The notes under the pieces were generated by a model. It did no database searches, was not told where the DNA came from, and saw nothing but the letters and a program-made list of their open reading frames with translations. The translations under genes were made by a program, and so were the position numbers. A DNA stretch of 64,000 nt from a virus (Duplodnaviria; Caudoviricetes): the IMG/VR virus record IMGVR_UViG_3300028048_000120, positions 1-64,000 of that record. One strand, given 5' to 3'. Positions 58,689 through 64,000 of this stretch are shown in pieces; the stretch's first letter is position 1; the number at the start of each line of letters is the position of its first letter.

Positions 58689-59615
58689 TTAGTTAAAGAA
58701 ATTGGTTTGAGGATAACTATACCCTAAATAAGGAGTAGCATTTGCAGCTATAATATTAGGGTACTGTACAGGTACTGTGTTAGGCTGTCTTGCAGCAATG
58801 CTATTGATTTTTTCATTTAGAGATTCAAAAGCCTTATTGAAAGCTTCTGTCTGTTTATCATTACTAATCTGACCTCTAAGCTGAGTAATAATGTCACCTT
58901 GAGTATTTATTTTATTCTGTAATTCCCTCTCTTTAAGGTCACAGAACTCTTTAGTTATAAGGGTATTCTGACCAGCAATAGCATTGAGAATACTATTAGT
59001 ATTTCTATCAGCCTGAGAACCTAATTGATTAGTCTGTTGACATACAGCTAGTTTATCAGCAGCTTCTGCCTGAGAAGTTTGTAGTGTACTAGCAGCAAAA
59101 TTAGATGCCATCTGACTCTGTAATGCATTAGTCTGATTACATATAGCCAATCTATTTTCACAACAACACTGAGCTATTTGAGAACCCAGAGAAGCATTAC
59201 CAGCTTGTACAGCATTAATAGTCTGAAGACCTGACATGCCTACTTGATTACCTACCTGATTAATAGAGTTCTGTAAAGTCATGATACCATTCTTCACTGC
59301 TTCTACAGAGGTATTGGTAATAGATGCCAATTGAGCAGCAGCATCAGCCCTACCATTAATAGCTTGCAATAGTAAATCCCTACCCTCAGAGTTTGAAATC
59401 TGATTAGCTAAATAGCCAGTGCCATTATTGCCTCCAAAGCCGTTATTACCCCAGCCATTGTTACCCCAAATCATCCAAAGGAAAATAATCCATATCCAAT
59501 TACCATTACCACCAAAACCCCCGTTATTGTTAAGGGCAAGTAATAAGTTAGGATCAATGCCAGTAGCTTTAGATACTGCATCAGGGAAAACATAAACACT
59601 TTCATCTTGTGCCAT
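58689..59615 (-). CDS. Conserved Gly-rich/CC protein, homolog of 27431..28111
   Basis: WIWIIFLWMIWGNNGWG, LLQAING, QCCCENRLAICNQTN. Confidence 0.75.
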   Translation of the reverse strand: MAQDESVYVFPDAVSKATGIDPNLLLALNNNGGFGGNGNWIWIIFLWMIWGNNGWGNNGFGGNNGTGYLANQISNSEGRDLLLQAINGRADAAAQLASITNTSVEAVKNGIMTLQNSINQVGNQVGMSGLQTINAVQAGNASLGSQIAQCCCENRLAICNQTNALQSQMASNFAASTLQTSQAEAADKLAVCQQTNQLGSQADRNTNSILNAIAGQNTLITKEFCDLKERELQNKINTQGDIITQLRGQISNDKQTEAFNKAFESLNEKINSIAARQPNTVPVQYPNIIAANATPYLGYSYPQTNFFN

Positions 59616-59650
59616 AATTTAAAAAATTTAGTTGTTAAATAATAAATGAT

Positions 59651-59675
59651 TGTATTTAAATACATGGTAAAGATA
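59651..59675 (-). promoter_or_regulatory. Near-consensus -7 box (TATCTTTA) plus 14-bp palindrome tgtatttaaataca
   Basis: Minus strand reads TATCTTTA-CC-ATGTATTTAAATACA. Confidence 0.5.
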
Positions 59676-59759
59676 CACTATAATATATAACAACTAAAAC
59701 AATGCTTTAAATTAGGCTAAGACACTAATACATAGGTAGTTATACAATCATATAAATAC

Positions 59760-59793
59760 CAAAAAAATAGTCAGACCTTTTGAGCCTGACTAT
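59760..59793 (-). terminator. Intrinsic terminator
   Basis: atagtcag/ctgactat stem with T7 on minus strand. Confidence 0.7.
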
Positions 59794-59814
59794 GCAATAA
59801 TGTTTAATTTAATT

Positions 59815-60594
59815 TTAGTAATCCATTTCAATATCAATATTATAAGTACCAGCAGAATAAGTATTTAAAGATTCTAGTACTGTATAATCACCTACAACTG
59901 TTCTGTTTATAGGTATTTCATAACCATTCATGTCTACTCTTTGGAAATGACTCATTACAGAGTTAGGAATAACTACATATATATGTTCATCATTTCCCAC
60001 AACTACATCAAAATTAGACCTTGTAACTTTATAAAATTCTTTTCTATGCTCTTCATTAATAACATCTGTGTATGCAATACCTGCTCCTATATAAAAAGGT
60101 ACCTTAACAACACATTGTAATTCCCTAATAATAGTTCTACCCATCAATACAGCTTCTGCTTTAATAGTAACAGTACTATCAGTAGTTATTGTTGTAGTAG
60201 CAGTTCTAATATTTCCACCAATATATTTAAGTTCATCATTTACATAAAACTTAATACTTGTAAAAGGTTCAAAAGCATTAATACAACTTGCAGTACATAT
60301 ACATCTTACATTTCCGTCAGCAATAACAAATGAAGGATCTATAGTAAATGTATAATCCATGTACCCTTTACCTGTAATATATGACAAATCATCAGCTATA
60401 GTATATATTATATCAATTAGTTCTTGATTTAATTTAGGAAGAGTTATTGATTTATCCTGTATATGTTCTGTAGTAATTGAGTTATCTGCTATGTGTTCTG
60501 AATGTATAGCATGCTCTTTTATTTTAAATTTGAATGCTTTATTTGGAGTCTTATTTAATTCAGACTTTCCTATTTCTTTATTTGTACCCGTCAT
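59815..60594 (-). CDS. Structural/fibre-like protein
   Basis: EHIADNSITTEHIQDKSITLPKL short repeats; beta-rich C-terminus. Confidence 0.5.
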   Translation of the reverse strand: MTGTNKEIGKSELNKTPNKAFKFKIKEHAIHSEHIADNSITTEHIQDKSITLPKLNQELIDIIYTIADDLSYITGKGYMDYTFTIDPSFVIADGNVRCICTASCINAFEPFTSIKFYVNDELKYIGGNIRTATTTITTDSTVTIKAEAVLMGRTIIRELQCVVKVPFYIGAGIAYTDVINEEHRKEFYKVTRSNFDVVVGNDEHIYVVIPNSVMSHFQRVDMNGYEIPINRTVVGDYTVLESLNTYSAGTYNIDIEMDY

Positions 60595-60596
60595 TG

Positions 60597-60890
60597 TTAT
60601 TTCTTTTTAGTAGTTATATAATTAGATAGCTCATCTTTATACCAAACAAGTTCTTTGAATCCTACTCTTTTCCTTCCTTTAGGTAATTTATTTAGATTAA
60701 TCATACTATCAAATTTACTTCTTGACATATTGAGATAATTACAGGCTGTCTCTTTACTCATAACATGATGGGTAAGCAGTGACATTATATCCATTGCTTC
60801 AGATTCTGATAACTCAGAGTTTCCTGAATCTAATTTATTAGCAATTTCTCTTAATAATTTAGCTACTAATTTAATCAATGATGTCTTCAT
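60597..60890 (-). CDS. AlpA/excisionase-like winged-HTH protein
   Basis: ACNYLNMSRSKFD..KLPKG..GFKELVW; homolog of 27038..27343. Confidence 0.75.
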   Translation of the reverse strand: MKTSLIKLVAKLLREIANKLDSGNSELSESEAMDIMSLLTHHVMSKETACNYLNMSRSKFDSMINLNKLPKGRKRVGFKELVWYKDELSNYITTKKK

Positions 60891-60950
60891 ATTTTTATAT
60901 TTTGTTTCTACAAAAATACATATAAAAAAGATATGGTTATCTGTGATAAT

Positions 60951-61343
60951 TTATTTGTTTATTCTTAATATGTTTTTATACTTGTTACTCCTATATAATA
61001 TAAGAAATATAAATAGTCCTGTTATTATCAAGTAAAACATTAAAAGTTTTTTATCTGATAAAGGTATTCCAATATAATAATCATATATATTAAGTATCCA
61101 GTTAAGAGATACATAATGTAGAAATAATCTATGATAACTACAAAATTTAAAAGCATAACTAGATATATACAAGAACATCATAGGCAATAAAGAAACTCCT
61201 CCTAAATAAGAGAGTATAAAAGTATCTACATTTAAGTAGGAAAGTAATATGTTTAACAGCACAATGAGGGATAATACCATTGGAATTACTTTAAGTACCC
61301 AGAGTTGTATTTTATGAATATTTCTTATAGGTAGTGTTTCCAT
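60951..61343 (-). CDS. Multi-pass membrane protein with CxxHR motif
   Basis: FKFCSYHRL motif; counterpart of 26622..27041. Confidence 0.65.
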   Translation of the reverse strand: METLPIRNIHKIQLWVLKVIPMVLSLIVLLNILLSYLNVDTFILSYLGGVSLLPMMFLYISSYAFKFCSYHRLFLHYVSLNWILNIYDYYIGIPLSDKKLLMFYLIITGLFIFLILYRSNKYKNILRINK

Positions 61344-61353
61344 ACTATTAAAT

Positions 61354-61387
61354 AAAAAGAGGATGTGCCTAAGTAAGACACACCCTC
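61354..61387 (-). terminator. Probable terminator
   Basis: gaggatgtg/cacaccctc stem with T5 on minus strand. Confidence 0.5.
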
Positions 61388-61504
61388 AAGAGTTCTTTAA
61401 TTACTTTTTTATTTCTTTCTTTTTTACATCATTAGTAAGACCTGCTTTAGGTGTAAGTGGCTTTGGTCTTTTTTCTTCTTTACAACTTTTCATATTCATT
61501 AGTA

Positions 61505-61789
61505 TTAAGGATTATTAGTATGGTTTTCAGGGTGCTCTTTAAAGCTCTCTAGCTGTTGCTCCACCCATTCTTTTAAATCAGTTATACGTTTATTCAACCC
61601 CTTTAGTGTTAGGTCTAAACTACTATCATTATCAGTTCCTATAATTTCATTTTTTAAAGTAGTAGTATCAATACTAGTTCCTCCTTCACCCTTTATAGCC
61701 TTAACCTGTCCTCCATCAATGAAGTGCATTTCAATATTATCTCCTACAGGTTTTAGCCATATACCATTATCTATTTCAGGCTGATTCAC
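61505..61789 (-). CDS. Hypothetical protein
   Basis: 94 aa; EIIGTDNDSSLDLTLKG. Confidence 0.5.
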   Translation of the reverse strand: MNQPEIDNGIWLKPVGDNIEMHFIDGGQVKAIKGEGGTSIDTTTLKNEIIGTDNDSSLDLTLKGLNKRITDLKEWVEQQLESFKEHPENHTNNP

Positions 61790-61837
61790 TGATAAAAAAT
61801 CTTCTTATATATAATCATAAGATATAAATTTAAATAT

Positions 61838-63988
61838 TTATCCTCTACATTTTACATACTGTTCTTTCTCTTCAAGACTCATATTATCATAAGCTTCCTT
61901 AAAAAGTCCTGATTCTTTTATATTCTCTTTAATAGTATTATTAAGATTATCCCATTGATACCTCTTATTTTGTACATTTCTAATCTCTCTTAATACTACC
62001 TCTTTATTTTCTTTTTCCCCCTCTGCTGCTGTAGAAGTATTAGCAAAATGACCATTATTTATTTCCCAAAATAGTTGGTTAATAGTAGTATCTGATATTC
62101 TATTATATCTATTAATTTTATCCATTAGCTTTCTTATCCACTTCTTAATAGTACCAACAATACCAGTATCTTCAGAATCAATTACATATCTTCTAAAGTC
62201 ATTTGCTAATCTTTCTTCTATTTCCCATTTATCTGTTAAACCATATTCTTTACCAGCTATATTGAAAATGTTTCCTTTCTCTTCTTGAGTCATTAGCATA
62301 TCTATAACATAGTGGAAAGCTTCATGATAAACAGTACCCCTAGGAGCTTTTTTAAGTACTTCAATAACTCCAGCTTTATATGTAGCCCACATATCACTAT
62401 TACCTCTAACAAGCTTTCCTACAAACTGAGTTCTTTCTTTAGTACTTAGAGAAGGAAGATTTTTAGATAACCAATGCCTTGATCTTCTTTCCTTTTCCCT
62501 CTCCAATGACTTTGTTTGTTTTGTCATAGGCTTTACATTATTGGGAACTTCCTTTACAGTAAATTTCCTAACTCCTACAAAGTTAGATAAAATATTATTA
62601 ACTTCCTTTTTTGTAATTGAATTAATTACATAAGTTTTAGTTTCTCTACTACTTAATTGTACAGAAGATTCTCCATTAGCTAATTTTACTTTAAGCTCAT
62701 TAGGTATTTTATCCCATATCTTTTTATACCTTTTTTCCAGAAAAGAACTCACTTCCTTTTCTACATCTTCAATAGTAAGTTTAGTAGAGGAAGTTTTTGT
62801 TTCTTTCTTTTCTAGTTTATCATTACTAGCTTTATCTTTTTCAGTACTGTTACCTTCTGTACTTTTTTCTTTATTTACCTCCTTTTCTTTATCACTAGTT
62901 ACAGTGTTTTCAACTTTAGTTTCTGTGCCTGGTCTTTGTACAAATTTATCTTCTGCTTTATTATAATAGTAGTTTTCTCCATTTATAACAACATATACTA
63001 CCTCTTTATTTTTATATTCTGCCCTTTCTGCAAAAGCTCTTGCATAAAATTTATATAAATCCTCATGTCCTTTAAATTCTACAGGGTTATCTCCTTTGTT
63101 CCTAATAGTATGACTATTGAAGTTTAAAGTATAAGGTGTATTATTTAATGTTATTATCTGTACACCATCTGCCTTTGGAGACGTCTTTTGTCTTTCAGTA
63201 GAACTATTTGGATTATATTCAAGTGTAAACCAGTTGTTGATAACCTGAGTAGTACCCTTAGGTAAAGGAGCTTTAGCTAACTCCCCTATGATTTTATTAT
63301 ACTCTATTTCTTCTGTTTCTACTTTACCATTCTTTACAGTTACAAGAGGTATATTCTTATTTATATAATGAGTACTTATTTGGATAGGTATATGCTTCTT
63401 TGCTAATCCTTCTAGAATCATGTCTGCTAATGTATCCAAACTAACACCCCTTACACTCTCAATGGTAAAGGAGTAATCTGTACCATTTTCCTTACTAGGG
63501 TTATCAACTCCTGCTTTATATAGATTTACAGTAAGAGTATTTTTTCCATTTGATTTTTTGAATAATCCCCTTTCCTTATTGTTCTTGAATCTATCTACTT
63601 GTAGTAAACCTGATAATAAATCACAAACCTGAAAGAAAGTCTGTTTTGATATATCTGCATTTTCATTATACTTAAGTGCTTCTACTAAAGCTGTATGAAG
63701 TACTCTATAAATCAAAGAATCCTTATCAGCAACAAAAGTATCTGTTACTATAGGTATAGCTACTTGTTTTTCTGATGGAGAATTTAATAGCATTACAGGT
63801 CTACCTGTTTTAGCTTGAGGTATCCTTACTTGTTCCCCTGGAATTAATGTAATATGCTTATTTTCTCTATAATTATAACCAGTAGCAACTCCCTCATTGG
63901 TAATAACACCTAATTGTAATCCATTACCAGCAATTATTTCATTGACAGTATTGTACTCTTGTGATGTAGGTACTAAACCATTATACAT
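61838..63988 (-). CDS. 3' part of a large crAss-like virion protein with zincin HExxH domain (frame probably continues beyond the window)
   Basis: GTVYHEAFHYV..EERLANDF (DNA 62312-62326); ORF runs to the window edge. Confidence 0.7.
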   Translation of the reverse strand: MYNGLVPTSQEYNTVNEIIAGNGLQLGVITNEGVATGYNYRENKHITLIPGEQVRIPQAKTGRPVMLLNSPSEKQVAIPIVTDTFVADKDSLIYRVLHTALVEALKYNENADISKQTFFQVCDLLSGLLQVDRFKNNKERGLFKKSNGKNTLTVNLYKAGVDNPSKENGTDYSFTIESVRGVSLDTLADMILEGLAKKHIPIQISTHYINKNIPLVTVKNGKVETEEIEYNKIIGELAKAPLPKGTTQVINNWFTLEYNPNSSTERQKTSPKADGVQIITLNNTPYTLNFNSHTIRNKGDNPVEFKGHEDLYKFYARAFAERAEYKNKEVVYVVINGENYYYNKAEDKFVQRPGTETKVENTVTSDKEKEVNKEKSTEGNSTEKDKASNDKLEKKETKTSSTKLTIEDVEKEVSSFLEKRYKKIWDKIPNELKVKLANGESSVQLSSRETKTYVINSITKKEVNNILSNFVGVRKFTVKEVPNNVKPMTKQTKSLEREKERRSRHWLSKNLPSLSTKERTQFVGKLVRGNSDMWATYKAGVIEVLKKAPRGTVYHEAFHYVIDMLMTQEEKGNIFNIAGKEYGLTDKWEIEERLANDFRRYVIDSEDTGIVGTIKKWIRKLMDKINRYNRISDTTINQLFWEINNGHFANTSTAAEGEKENKEVVLREIRNVQNKRYQWDNLNNTIKENIKESGLFKEAYDNMSLEEKEQYVKCRG

Positions 63989-64000
63989 ATTTTTAATACT

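Noticed and set aside
41672-63988. Stop-codon reassignment (TAG to Gln or TGA to Trp), known in some crAss-like phages
   Set aside because: Standard-code ORFs tile the region without fragmentation, including an uninterrupted 11-kb gene; the stops checked are TAA (one TGA)
1-64000. CRISPR array or mini-array
   Set aside because: No regularly spaced direct repeats with unique spacers were seen in any intergenic region
1-64000. Integrase, invertase, transposase or reverse transcriptase gene
   Set aside because: No ORF shows tyrosine/serine recombinase, DDE or YxDD RT motifs that I could recognise, so no complete DGR or IS is called

Overview
The window is entirely phage DNA from Bacteroidetes-infecting phages and appears to hold two unrelated genomes joined somewhere between ~36.4 and ~41.6 kb. 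Segment A (1 to ~36-41 kb) is a temperate podovirus-like phage. It carries a large ejected polyvalent protein, a rhomboid protease overlapping terminase large subunit, portal, scaffold, major capsid, tail genes, holin/lysozyme/spanin, a cI/cro-like switch, a replication initiator with iterons, VRR-NUC, a HAD phosphatase and many small ORFs. Segment B (~41.6-64 kb, visibly more AT-rich) is crAss-like: a 3672-aa virion RNA polymerase (GSDFDVDK motif) with N-terminal polyvalent-type domains, LRR and lectin-like tail proteins, and the 3' end of another giant zincin-bearing protein. Best leads: (1) an intact rhomboid co-encoded with a capsid protein whose N-terminus is a Gly/Pro/Ala-rich transmembrane helix; (2) a perfect 179-bp inverted repeat that would swap two alternative C-termini on a tail-tip protein, with no recombinase in view; (3) one uncharacterised module (CxxHR membrane protein, AlpA-like HTH, Gly-rich/CC protein, partners) present in both segments with matching promoter and palindrome architecture. 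All product calls come from motif recognition by eye; no database searches were run.
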